The translations under genes were made by a program, and so were the position numbers. Under the pieces are notes generated by a model, which made no database searches, was not told the origin of the DNA, and saw nothing but the letters and a program-made list of their open reading frames with translations. From Sphaeroforma arctica JP610 (lineage: Eukaryota), in assembly GCF_001186125.1 (NCBI RefSeq), contig NW_014040475.1, forward strand, positions 14,771-51,348: DNA of 36,578 bases. The letters run 5' to 3'. Positions 11,540 to 23,511 of this stretch are shown one piece after another. Each line of letters opens with the position of its first letter. Positions within the stretch are counted from its first letter, which is position 1.

Positions 11540-11671
11540 CATTTTAAAGTTAGCAAAAGTATTAATTACTTAGACTACTTAAGCGTAAAGGTAAGTTAAC
11601 TACCACAACATTTTTTTTCTCTTGTCTAAGCTAGTCGTTAAGAAACAAGCTAGTAGTCATAAGTTAAGATT

Positions 11672-13807
11672 ATGACCAAGAAAGACAACACTCCTTCTAA
11701 GAAACGTAGAGCTGAAAAGAAGAAGATGGAGAGAGAAGTCGCTAACGCTGACGCAGCTATTACTGCTGCAAAAGCAACCGACGCCGCTGCTGATGCATTT
11801 AAGCGCACTGTAGCCAAAGTACTTGCCTCTGACAATTATAGTCAAAAGGACAATGCTTCAGATAAGGAAGTAGCCACTCCGCTTAAGGAGACTACTCCTT
11901 CTGACAGAGCCCGAGGGCCAACTATTGCCTCAACTTCAAAGCTTGCATTAACGAAGCCAAGAAGTGAGACAAGGAATACGTCTCAAGACGCCCCAACCCA
12001 TTCTTCTGACGAAAATCAGAAAGGAAAGTCCCCAATTATGAGGGCATTCCCAATTATAGGGGACAAAAACAAATCTCAGAAGGAACCTATTATGGAACCA
12101 GAAGAGGAAGCAAGCTCAAGTAGAAAAACAGAATCTACGTCCGAGACTTCTAAGCCGAAGCACATAAGTAAGTTAATTTCTAAATACGCTGATCTTAAGA
12201 ATCAGTTAGCTACTATTATGAAAGACTTGACTGTCAAAAATGTAGATCAATTAGAAAGATCAGGAAAACGTACACAGCGCTTACGCGAGCATGTTTCCCC
12301 GGGCATTACTGAAGCCCTGCAGAAGTGGACAGAACGTCGACAGGCAATTACGCCCAAAGACTCAAGCTCGACACCTGAGTCATATGATCCAGAGGTGCAC
12401 AGCGTCGATATACCGTACGAGGCATTACTGCCAGAAGAACATGCTAATCATTTGCCTGTTCTGCCACCCGGTCGTGAGTCACCTGTCCTCAAAGGTATTC
12501 TCCGCCACTTGTACCCAATTGGGAGGATAATCGTCGGAAACCAGTTAAGACTGGGTATGTTATTCCGACGCCAAGGGATATTAATTATCCCCGCAGACGT
12601 GTGAACGACGTCGTGTTTAATCGCTTCGACCGCACGGCTTTACATCAACCCGCAGAGGATTTCCACTCTGGCGAGGTGACCGACCTTAATAAATCGGTCG
12701 ACGACTATACCAATAAAATGGAAGTCGCCCATGCTGCGCATCATGCTGATGACGTAGCATACTATGCGAATATTATTGCGATTAAGCAAAAGCGCATAGA
12801 CCAACTACGTCAGGCCGAACGTGGACAAGACCACAGGGACAACCAGAAGTACAAGGGACAGATCAGTCGACTTAAGTCGAACTGGGATGCCAACAGCAAG
12901 CAGGTCGAGTTTATAAACAACCATGACCTCGACACGCTAACTCGTACGCTTAATGCGTTTACGGTCATGTTGGAGACGAATGATATCGCTCCCCAGCAAT
13001 GGATCTCTGCCTTAATGCAGACATTTGACCCTACAGGGATCAGTTATCTGATCCTGCAGCGACACCAGCATGAGCTAGACTTTTGTCGTGACTGGCCAGC
13101 TGTGTGTTGGTTGGTCACATCCTTGTTAAGTAAGGATATGCGTAGCCCTGGGTTAAGCTCAATTTTAAATGAACCAGCCGAGAACACGCCCATTCAGAGT
13201 TATATTCTGAAGTTAGACACTGACCTGAAACGTCCCGATATAACAAAGGACAAGGCACAGCGATGGTACGAATTCCTGGTTATGCACGTGTTCTGTAAGA
13301 ACATAGGGAATAACGACCGTGAGAGTCTGTACACCGAGTTGCGACGTAAACACGCGACTGAGGCTCGAGACAAGGGACATGAAACAAAGTTTCATCTATC
13401 CCGACTTACATGGGAACAGTTTTATGATACTGTATCCACTCTTTTTCCCGCACATCGAGTAACATCGAAGGGAAAAGCGGCTGTTAAGAAGCCACGGGTA
13501 CGTATCCAGGCAGACCTCAAACGAGAGACCCCAACATACACGTGCTCGCGAATCCACTTTAACCACGCGACCCAATAAACGGGCACGCGCAGGAGCGAAG
13601 GACATGGAACCTCAATTTAAGGAGATTAAGAAATGTGCCGACGCCCAGTGTGGGTATGACATGTACCAGTTAACCCCTAACGGTTATTGGAATGGTAGAC
13701 ATGCATCCACCTGTACACACTTTCTTACCAAGTGTGACAAGTGTGAGAAGACCAACGGTTATCACACTAAGTCTTGTGACCGAAAGCCCAACATTAAATT
13801 GGAGTGA
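11672..13807 (+). pseudogene. gag: Family A gag in three frameshifted pieces, with C-terminal Cys/His knuckles
   Basis: ORFs 11672-12604, 12601-13578 and 13604-13807 (CADAQC...H...C; CDKCEKTNGYHTKSC); lies between the LTR and the protease. Confidence 0.75.
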
Positions 13808-13867
13808 CGGTACTACCAGGTACAATCATTACACAGACAATACAACAACTCTTTAAATGAGCGTGTA

Positions 13868-15084
13868 ATGATCCCTGTATATTGCAATGGAAATAAAATC
13901 CTTGCGTTGATTGATCCTGGTTCAGAAATTTCCTGTATATCCGATCGCTTTGCATTAATGAAAGATATCGAAAGGAGAACACAAACAACTCATCTCATTT
14001 TAGCTGATGATAAAACTGCTACGTGTGATACCATCGCCACAGATGTTAAAATCTCCCTGGCCGATGATAGGAGTATCACTACTCAAGCTGTGATAGTTAA
14101 TATGTCACAGAAGTACGACACTATAGTCGGAATGAGGGGTTTACTCACTCTAGGTATAACCGTAACTGGTCTACCAACTAACATAGATCAATTAAAGGAT
14201 CAATCAGACGATAACTGCCTGAATCCATATAAGCCCCCGTCAGACACAGTCAAGGCATTAATACCTGACTTTGCGGACAAAATCATGGATCTGATTCTTG
14301 TTAATAAGAAAATAAAGATCACAGATTGGGCAAAATTCCGCTTTAACGACGGATATGTCAGCCTTGACTTAACCAAGGTAGACTTTACACAGTTAAAGGG
14401 TTTTAAGACACGAGGCTGTTGTAAAAGAACAAGTTGAGAAATGGCTAGCAGATGGTGTGATAGAAATTATCTGTCAACAAACGCCAGTTAACTTGGCACT
14501 GCTAGCCGTAGACCAACATAACTCTGACGGATCGTTTAAGAAAGTCAGAGTATGTTTAGATATGAGTCCAATAAATAAATTATTGCCGACTCATAGCTTT
14601 CACTTACCTCGTATTAACGAGCTACTGCGAAGGATGGAAGGTGCTACAGTGTTTACAACTATAGACCTTACACAAGGATACCATCAAATGCAGGTATATG
14701 AACCCCACCGTAATACTTTAGCTTTACGTGGAAAGGCAAACAATACCGGTTCAGAGGTGCACCTTTCGGGTTACTCTCTCTACCAGCATTCTTCCAACAA
14801 GTAATGAAAGAAATGTTTGCAGACATGCCTAACGTGCAAGTTTATATAGATGACATAGTCATCTTTTCGAAGACTACAGGCGAACACGCCGCATTAGTCA
14901 GACGAGTCCTTAAGAGACTCAATGAGCAAAACTTCAAGATTAACGAAAAGAAATGCCACTTCGCAATGAGCGAAGTGCAGCTCTTAGGCTACCATGTATC
15001 TGGGGAAGGTATTAGATCGACCCCGGTAAGGTAGAACACCTGTTAGATTGGCGAACACCAACTACAGGAAGAGATGTTAACAGC
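13868..15084 (+). pseudogene. pol: Family A aspartic protease and reverse transcriptase, frameshifted
   Basis: ALIDPGSEISCIS (DSG/DTG-like); RVCLDMSPINK, LPRINELL, IDLTQGYHQ, VYIDDIVI (YIDD at 14843-14854). Confidence 0.92.
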
Positions 15085-17400
15085 ATGTGTGGGTTTGTAA
15101 ACTTCTTTTCAGATGGAGTACCACACTTAGCTGACTACCTTAAACCTTTTGGACACTTAAGATGTCATAAAGGCAAACTAGAAGACTTGTGGACTAAAGA
15201 GTGTGATGACGCATTTAAAGCGCACAAACACGCAGTCCAACAAGCCCCAGTTGTACAAGGGCCAGTCGATGGCGTGCCGTTTGAAATAGCAACGGACGCA
15301 TCAAACTTAGCCTTAGGAGGAGTATTATATCAGGTTATAAATAACAAACCTAGATATATACAATTCTTTAGTCGAGCAATGAATGCTTCACAGTTGAATT
15401 ATCCAACTATTAAACAAGAGCTATTAGCCATAGTGACAGCTCTAACACACTTCCGAAATTACTTATACGGAACAGTATTTACGCTGATGTGTGATCAGGA
15501 ATCTCTTCAATATATGAAAGGGATGAAACCCGACTCGCAATTACTGAGTCGCTGGCATGATACAATATCAAAGTTTCATTTTGATATAAAACATCTGCCA
15601 GGTATACATAACCATTTACCGGATATGTTATCACGCTTCGTATCGGACTTTAATAAATCCGTACGTGAGTTACTAGCCACTGACTGGAAGTGTAATCCCA
15701 GGTGGTTTGAACTGGCTCAAAAGATATATGGGCCAAATACCATAGATATGTTTGCTGCACATCATAATGCACAACTATCGAATTACAGGACTTTAAATCA
15801 TCCTATGGGAGACGCCTTTCAAATAGACCTTTCCCAACATAATGCGTGGGCTAATCCATCATGGCAGTTAATTGCCCAGCTATTAAATTATGTTCATATA
15901 CATAAAGCTACCATCACGTTGTGTTGCCCATTACGGAGTAAAGATCCATGGCTCAATAAATTTATCAGCATGATTCAATGCGAGCCAATATATTTAGATA
16001 GGGAAGTAGATATCCTATATCAGGGTACCCGAGCCATCCAGAAAACGCCCTGGAGACATACTATTATATGTCGTATAGGTCCCATTGGAACAACCAAATG
16101 GACCCCTTCTGAAACCTTCCTTTACAAGGTCAAAGAATCAGAGATTCCACTCTCTACCCAATTGAACGTTAAGCAGTTCAAAGGCAACACAGCATTTAGC
16201 GTCTGTGCACAAGAAATACAATCTACTAATGACACTGTTAAGAAGCGTCAGTCTCTAGCTAGGACTCTGTTTAATAGCATAAATTCCAAGCCCGAGGTCT
16301 TTCAAACCTTATTTTTAAAGGGATTAATGAAAGACAATCCTGAAGCGTATACACATATAGTGCGACTATTTAACAAGTCAGGTGACGCTCATGCAAAAAC
16401 AGGACAGGAGTCTGAAAACACTACAGACTTAGAGACCACGCAAGTGAATTCTCAACACTCTACCTTTATTCTGGAAGAGCAGAATGATGAAAACATTCTT
16501 GCTTGGCTGAAGCAACATCATAAGCTGAAGCACCAGAACGTAGTAGAAGCACTTAAAGATGCTAAGCGAAATGGGATCGCGCACCCTAAGCTGGCAACTT
16601 TAGTTGACAGAGTATATCCGTCATGCACAGACTGTGATCTCAATCAGATCAAGCGCTATGGTTTCGCACCGCTTAAGAGTGTGACTGAAGATGTTCCATG
16701 GCGCAGGGACATCATTGATCTGGTTGACCTGCCCACGTCCGAGCACACAGGCAACCGTTACGTATGCCACTTCTTTGATGTGGCGTCACGGTTTAACTTG
16801 CTCTATCCATTAAAAGATAAGAATACGCAGACCGTGGCAGAATTATGTTGCCAAGTCTTTGCTGACCACGGGTGGCCGGGTATTATGTGCACTGATAACG
16901 GTAGTGAGTTCTGCGATGACGTTATGGAATCGCTAGTACTCGTATCAGGCATATGCCATAAGAGAGGTGTGCCATATAAGCCGCAAACGCAAGGCGCGAA
17001 TGAGACGCGCCATAGAAGACTTAAGTTCTTCTTGCGTACTGCATTAACGGATGATGCAGATGATTGGCCGTACCACCTTAAGTGGGTACAAACACAGATG
17101 AACGAGTGTGCTGATCCGGTTACAGGAACTACACCCGCTCACTATTTTCGTGGCAGATATAGTGAGTTACAAATCCCTTTTAACAAGGACGAACCCGATC
17201 ACCATGAGTTACCATGGTTAGAGAAGGTCCAACGTATGTATAACGTTGTATATCCTTGCTTGCGAGAAATACGCAATATAGCCTTATTAAAAAGACAAAA
17301 GCGTTGGAACACTACCAAGAAGATAGCAGATTATCAGGTTGGTGACAGAGTTAACATCCGTCAACGTAATTCCGATGCTACTGTATTGACATCTAAATGA
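15085..17400 (+). CDS. pol: Family A pol C-terminal ORF: RT connection, RNase H, Dam-like MTase, linker, integrase (HHCC and DDE)
   Basis: One 771-aa frame: TDASNLALGG...ELLAIV...CDQESL (RNase H); IDMFAA...WANPSW (MTase, 15682-16080); H..H..CTDC, IIDLVD, TDNGSEF, PQTQGANE (integrase). Confidence 0.93.
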   Translation: MCGFVNFFSDGVPHLADYLKPFGHLRCHKGKLEDLWTKECDDAFKAHKHAVQQAPVVQGPVDGVPFEIATDASNLALGGVLYQVINNKPRYIQFFSRAMNASQLNYPTIKQELLAIVTALTHFRNYLYGTVFTLMCDQESLQYMKGMKPDSQLLSRWHDTISKFHFDIKHLPGIHNHLPDMLSRFVSDFNKSVRELLATDWKCNPRWFELAQKIYGPNTIDMFAAHHNAQLSNYRTLNHPMGDAFQIDLSQHNAWANPSWQLIAQLLNYVHIHKATITLCCPLRSKDPWLNKFISMIQCEPIYLDREVDILYQGTRAIQKTPWRHTIICRIGPIGTTKWTPSETFLYKVKESEIPLSTQLNVKQFKGNTAFSVCAQEIQSTNDTVKKRQSLARTLFNSINSKPEVFQTLFLKGLMKDNPEAYTHIVRLFNKSGDAHAKTGQESENTTDLETTQVNSQHSTFILEEQNDENILAWLKQHHKLKHQNVVEALKDAKRNGIAHPKLATLVDRVYPSCTDCDLNQIKRYGFAPLKSVTEDVPWRRDIIDLVDLPTSEHTGNRYVCHFFDVASRFNLLYPLKDKNTQTVAELCCQVFADHGWPGIMCTDNGSEFCDDVMESLVLVSGICHKRGVPYKPQTQGANETRHRRLKFFLRTALTDDADDWPYHLKWVQTQMNECADPVTGTTPAHYFRGRYSELQIPFNKDEPDHHELPWLEKVQRMYNVVYPCLREIRNIALLKRQKRWNTTKKIADYQVGDRVNIRQRNSDATVLTSK

Positions 17401-17999
17401 TTCAAGAATAGTGGTGGTCTTAATATCCTTAGAGTTCACAGTAGGCATATTGATAGCGCGAGATCAGAGTGACCTGATAAGTTGTTAGCGTGCAATGTAG
17501 TAGACTTTAAATAAAGTGCAAATGTATGTATTTATTTCTGGCCTCACCTTTGGTTTTATACCTAAGGTGTTTGTGCTAGTGTTCAGCCGCTTGGGCTGGC
17601 CAGGGTAAAAACTCATATGGTCAATATGAGAAATCTTATGCGGAACACTTTAACACTTCGATGCTTTTCTATTTCAACTTCTCTGCAACTAAATCTCACG
17701 CTGATCACATGATGCCTTTCCGCATAGGTTGTGACTTACATAGAACCGCAGCTATTATTAATATGTTGTGGTTGACATGCTTAATCCACTCTCGGGAATC
17801 GGTTGAGAACTAAATCTGCTCTCGGAAGTTGGTTAAGTAATAACTCAACTCTTGAGAGTACTTTGAGCAACTTGATTAGCTCTCGGGAGTGAGCTAACTC
17901 TGATGACTTAGCTCTCGGGAGTGAGTTAATTCTGATGACTTTAATAAATCAAAGATGGTTTCTTGCTGTAGAATCTGGCCTGAGACCTGTAGTCTCTCA
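17401..17999 (-). mobile_element. Copia-like 5' LTR (17483-17999), PBS and gag start, truncated
   Basis: Reverse-complement similarity to LTR 8856-9309 (TGAGAGACT...CACGCTAACA); PBS ACTTATCAGGTCACTCT (17466-17482); then MPTVNSKDIKTTTILES; ~31-bp CTCTCGGGA tandem repeats at 17789-17942. Confidence 0.8.
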
Positions 18000-18852
18000 A
18001 CAACACAGACATATATTAAGGAGCGCAGCACATCTCGATAAGAGACAGTCACGCACGGAATTAAGGACACACATAGTACAACCTCAATACATGGGAAGTG
18101 ACACAAATACACGGCACAGCTGCCAAAACAATGCCAAGTGACTAAATGACACAGGTGCGAACGATCATAACCACCACCAACTTATGATAAAGCACATATA
18201 TAACCAAGAAAAATAAGCAAACACGCACTATCGAATGAGTGTATATACAAGCACAAAACATTGACAACAGTACACCCAACAACCCATACGGAATTAGCCA
18301 TCATCACAAACACAGATGTACAAAGAGCGTGGGGGGATACAAAAGGTAATAAACGTATACAAGTTGTAGTACATGTGTACAATTAAGACTAAAATTGTAT
18401 ATAAACATAGGATGCAGATACAATCATATCTCTTTCGCACAAATTCAAGTCATACATAACGAGGAGTTCGGAACACCACCGAGCCTCAAATAAGAACAAA
18501 ATATAACAGAAAAACTCATAAACCCAAATTACAGGTTTACAAATCCAGAAACCAAGTTACAAGAGAAACTGGGTTTACAACCGATTGAGTTCAAGGGACT
18601 CAGACACAATACCCTGCAGTCAGTACGGTCACCGCATACCACACGGGACGCACATACAAGTAAAACCGATCTGATTCTACAAATGTACTAATGCACAAAG
18701 AAAACAATGGTTACTGATGCACAAAAAATACATCCTAACCATACCCCACACGTTCCACACGCAGAACAGTCAATGACGTCTGCGCCATACCAACGAACAC
18801 GCGCAGCACGTAGGAGCCTACGCACACAAGTGAGCTCAAGTCGTACACACAC

Positions 18853-20348
18853 GTGGGAGCACAAGTAACACTGCCAGAAAGCGAAACAAAACCAGAAAAG
18901 GCAAATACAATGCCAGTCTCACAGACATCTTCTCGTACCACCACTCCACGCAATGGAGAAGGGAGCATGCACATGGATGATGAGTTTACTCCAGCAAGAG
19001 CTCCCATGGATCCAGTGATGAATAAGTACAAGATAGTCTTAGACAAGACCATCTATGAGTAAGAACAAGATAGTCTTAGACAAGAACATCTATGAGCGCA
19101 ACTTCTACATTGTAGATATACTAGTAGACAAGTTGTATGCACAAACAGCGGACATCAGAGCATTCCACAAACTACGCAAAGCAGTCCACGAACAACAACC
19201 CAAGCGATTGATTCCAGTAATATACGAGTGGTCAGTAGAGCTATATAATAAAGCTATGAAGAACTGTGACAAAAGTGATCACGATGAGTGCATTGCGATT
19301 AGTGGCTATATGAGCGAGTAAACGTTAATTAGATCTCACGAAGGGGACAAAGCTTCAGAACCAGAACTGAACAAACTACTCAAGATCCCTAAGTGGCCAG
19401 TAGGCAAATATGTCAGTATGGCTGATTGTCGTGATACAATTGAGTTTGTATCTGTAGCTAAAGACTTGTTTGCGAGCACAAACATGCCATTGATACAGTA
19501 CCTCTCACTAGCACAAGAGCTGCTCAGACAGACAGACGCAAAGGAAGTATCGCGCACTGCACTCAACAATATACGTAGTACCCAAAAACTTTGGCAAGAC
19601 TTCATTGATGTGGAAGACTACAACATATTAATCATTGACAATCTACGTCGCACTCCAGTAGACTATCTACTAGAGAAGTGACTCGACGACTTTTATGACA
19701 CTCGTATGAATGTAGAAGTACGGGCCGCACGGTTGTGTCGCACAATGTTTGAGTTGGAGAAGCGTTCCAAGGGCACGGAGAGAGAGACTATCAATTGGCA
19801 ACTCCTCAAAGCATCACGTTACCTAAGTACTAGTCATGTACGGTTTGCAAGCGGAAGCAGACAAACTGATCAAGGCTCAGACAAAACCAGACGGTAGTAA
19901 GGTATTTCATGAGCTCACAGAAGGCATGATCAGACAGGCAACATTACTACAAGCTCATCGCAAGCGTGAAAACAAGCGAGCGAGAAATGCAACTGTTCCT
20001 GAACCGCGAGCCAATCGCCCAAGACTGGAGATCCCTCCAGGGGATCCACCCAGAGGTGGGGGACCACCGAGAGGGGGTGGCCCACCAAGAGGTGGAGGTC
20101 CACCAGGAGGACAAGGCAGAGGTCGTCCCATAGGACAGGCCACTGACACCCCAGCAACACGAGGACCACGACCGTGCCCACACTGTGGTATAAACCCTTC
20201 ACCACATGCGTTCAGCAAGTACCCCAACAAAGCGGAAAACAACCGTTTCAGGGCAGATCGAGCAGAGAAACAGAACCAAACCGTCCATGTTGACCTGTTG
20301 GCCAATATAAATGGCAACAAGGTGCAAGAGATGGATGAAGATCTATGA
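18853..20348 (+). pseudogene. gag: Gypsy B1 gag with PPRGGG repeats and a CPHC-x6-H-x4-(C>Y) knuckle
   Basis: ORF pieces 18853-19062, 19055-19321, 19418-19681, 19706-19897, 19836-20348; lies upstream of the protease. Confidence 0.8.
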
Positions 20349-22359
20349 AAAGCTTGGTGGTCGGAGGCTAACATGATAAACATGGTAGACATTGTGAATG
20401 CACACACTGATGAAGAAACGTTGTTAATAAATGCGAATGATATTGCTTACACACCCATTTCTTTACTTATAAATCCACGAGACCAAAGATTGCGCATAGA
20501 CATACAATTAATGGCACCACATATAATGCACTAGTAGATTCAGGAGCACAACACTCTTGTATGGACAGAAGTGTAGCAACTGAACTATACTCGCACAATC
20601 AGATGCAAGAGTACAACGCACAGGTTCCACTGAAGTATGTGATATAAACTACGGGAGGCAGAAAACCCTCAAACTGCTTCGAGATACTTGACCTCCCAGA
20701 CATGAAATCACCAATTCAATTAGGAATGGACATTCTACCATACTTGGGCATATACTTAGCAGGGATAATTAACCTACAATTACCAACAGATGTCAAGTGG
20801 GCATCACTTCTTACACCACATGAAGAAGACCCTAAACATGAACAGGTGTAAAGGATTCAGAGAACCACTATCAGACTTGTTCGAACAAAATGGTCAGATA
20901 CCACCAGATGTACACTGCAATCTATCAGATTCAGTGGTAGAGATACCAAGTCAAGAGGTCAAAGCCGAGAATATTCGTCATGCTAAAGTGAACTTTGTTC
21001 CACACAAATACATCCCACAAACAGATGAAAATGTTCAGAAATGGGTCAAAGATGGACACATATACAAAAGAACAACATCCACACAAGTGAACCTGCCACT
21101 ACTATCCACAGGAGAATTTGAACAGACAGGTCTGTTAAAGAAGGTATGCACATGTTTAGACTAGAGAGAAGTAAATTATCAACATGAACAAGACAAATTT
21201 GTTTTACCAAAGATAAAGGAAATACTCCACAACCTACAGGGTGCGCAATTCTTTTCTAAATTAGACTTAACAGGAGGCTTCCACCACTTTGAAGTACATG
21301 AAAATAGCCAACACTTCTTCACATTTTCATAGAGAGGAGCGCAATACTCACTCAAGTCAGCTCCATTTGGACTGCACTCGGTAGCAGCACAATTCCAAAG
21401 AGTGATGGCCAACCTCCTCATTGACATCAAAGGGGTACAAGTATATGTCGATGACATAGTCATCGCTGGTATGACAGAAGAAGAACATAGACAAACAGTA
21501 CGCGAAGTCGTCAAAAGACTTAATGCTGCTAACTTCAGGCTAAATCACAACAAGTGTGCGTTTGCGGTCAAGACAGTCAATATACTAGGCGTCAAAGTAA
21601 CCACCAAAGGGCTCAAAATAGACTCTGAGAAACAGAAACGCATGATTGACCGGCCTTTACCAAGAACCAAACGTGACTTACATCGAGCAGTCGGTCTAGC
21701 AAATTACATACGAGACCACATACCTCAGTTTGCACACATAACGAAACACTTCCGCAATCTCATGAGAGGCAAAATGAATCAAAATATAGCCAATCTTTGG
21801 ACACCAGAGCTCATTAAGAAATGGGAAGAACTCAAAGATGCCATTGCATGCTCAGCAACTTTGGCGTACGCAGTAGATGGAGTACCATTTCAGATCATGA
21901 ACGATGCAAGTGACTATGGCATAGGAGGTTGTCTGTTCCAAATTGTAAATGGAGTCAGAAGAGATATACTCTTTTTCTCAAACGGGCTCAACCCTGCACA
22001 ACCAAGATATGGGACAAATACTAAAGAGTTGTTAGCACTCGTATACAGTCTGGAACATTTTTCAGAATACATCAAAGGTGGCGATATACCATTGTGGACA
22101 GATCACAAAGCGTTATGCCAGATGAACAAGCAGCAAACGCTGCATCCTATGCTCGCGAAATGGATAGCGAAAACTTTTCATCACCACTTCACTATCATAC
22201 ACGTGTCAGGCAAAGATAATGAAGTTGCTGACATATTGTCACGACTACACGAAGACACATTCTACATCAAAACATTGAATGTGTTGAAAGAAGCCAATGA
22301 GCACATACACAATGGTCAAGAATGCGCTGACCTAGAAACAAACATACCCATCCTAGTGT

Positions 22360-22751
22360 CTGCCATATACAGGAAACTACATCCACGGCGCTTTCAAGAT
22401 GCAGAAGGCCTGTTCGGTAAATTCACCATCGATTTATTTGCAGCCACACACAATGCTCAGACCGTAAAGTTCTACACCAAAGAACAAAACGCGCTCCTAC
22501 AAAAGTGGGGAGATGAAATAAATGCATGGGCGAATCCTCCCTGGGAACTAATACCAGACGTGTTAGACAAAGTCATAGAGGAAGCCACAAGCATTACAAT
22601 ATGCGTCCCGTACTACCCAAACGCAACGTGGTTCCCCAAATTGATGTCATTACTTGAACAAGATCCGATGATAGTCGAAAACACAAAAACAACACGCTCC
22701 TAGAGAACGGCACAACAGCCCGTGGCAAAATACCATGGGGGGTCACATTAG
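22360..22751 (+). other. Dam-like N6-adenine methyltransferase domain, B1 copy, both motifs intact
   Basis: FGKFTIDLFAA (IDLF from 22428), NAWANPPW (NPPW 22533-22544), in frame with RT/RH in the 433-aa ORF. Confidence 0.88.
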
Positions 22752-23511
22752 GGAAAATATTATTTATTTCAAAAATGGCAAGTATGTATGATACAATGTA
22801 TGAACATATGGTATGGCTCTCATAGTCGCTGTAGTGGTTCAGGAAAGATTGATGGGAAGAAGTGGTCAGTAAATTCCCGTTTGAAGCTTGGGCCAAGTGA
22901 GTCGACAATGGAAGATATGTGCTGAGTCAATTCAAGCCGGTGTTGACAAAACACTGTTACTATCGAATGTTCCATATATTTGCTTGCTGACCTACTAGTG
23001 GTACGGATCGGGTCTGCGCCGTGTAGTGCCGCGGAATGGGTTAGTGCAGAGTACGAAATACCGAGAAGGACCAGGTTATCCGTCATAATCCGGTCGAAAA
23101 GCGAGGATGGGGGTAAGCCAATGCCGCACCAGACCACAGATGAATTCGGTATGTGTTGGCTGGTCTGGATCGGAAGTATCATAGTCGGAACCAACAAGCG
23201 CGATGATTTGGGTTGAACCGATATTTGGAAGTAGTACTTTAACAGCGTGATTAGCCGGGGTATGGGGAACATCTGTTAATGTGTCAGGGACGGGTGAGGG
23301 TACGGTGGTTCTTCAACATGCTGGAGAAAAGATCCAAGGTGTTCGTGGAGGGTCCAGATACCGTGGAAGTCATGGCACTCCTGTAATTGCTGAAGGAGGT
23401 CAGGACCAATGGGCGGCAGTTTCGGGCCTACCAGGATGTGTCGAATCAGTTGTTGGATGCAGGTAAAGTGGCTGGTAGTGAACTTGTGGCTACCGGGGCA
23501 GACAGGGCAGA
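22752..23511 (-). mobile_element. 5'-truncated non-LTR (LINE-like) insertion
   Basis: 10-bp TSD GTCACATTAG (22742-22751, 23512-23521); minus strand encodes CPVCPGSHKFTTSHFTC (CCHC) and ends in AAATAAATAATA; removal restores PWGVTLVSKIG. Confidence 0.72.

Larger units (their letters stand above)
10749..17400 (+). mobile_element. Gypsy family A element, 3'-truncated (5' LTR, gag, PR, RT, RH, MTase, INT)
   Basis: LTR 10749-11539; domain order PR-RT-RH-INT defines Ty3/Gypsy; no 3' LTR, sequence switches to a Copia fragment at about 17400. Confidence 0.92.

Noticed and set aside
11672..15084. Programmed frameshifts or RIP explaining the broken frames
   Set aside because: Breaks fall inside domains and at different places in different copies, mostly as indels; no obvious RIP-type AT skew. 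Decay or sequencing error is more likely.
15682..16080. DIRS element or bacterial/phage MTase gene nested by chance
   Set aside because: The domain is in frame with Gypsy RNase H and DDE integrase, recurs at the same position in three families, and no tyrosine recombinase or DIRS-type termini are seen.
17789..17942. CRISPR-like spaced repeats (also 10789-10905)
   Set aside because: Degenerate tandem units inside LTRs, no unique spacers, no cas genes, eukaryotic context.
19930..20407. Pro/Gly-rich antisense ORFs
   Set aside because: Shadows of the GC-rich gag repeat.
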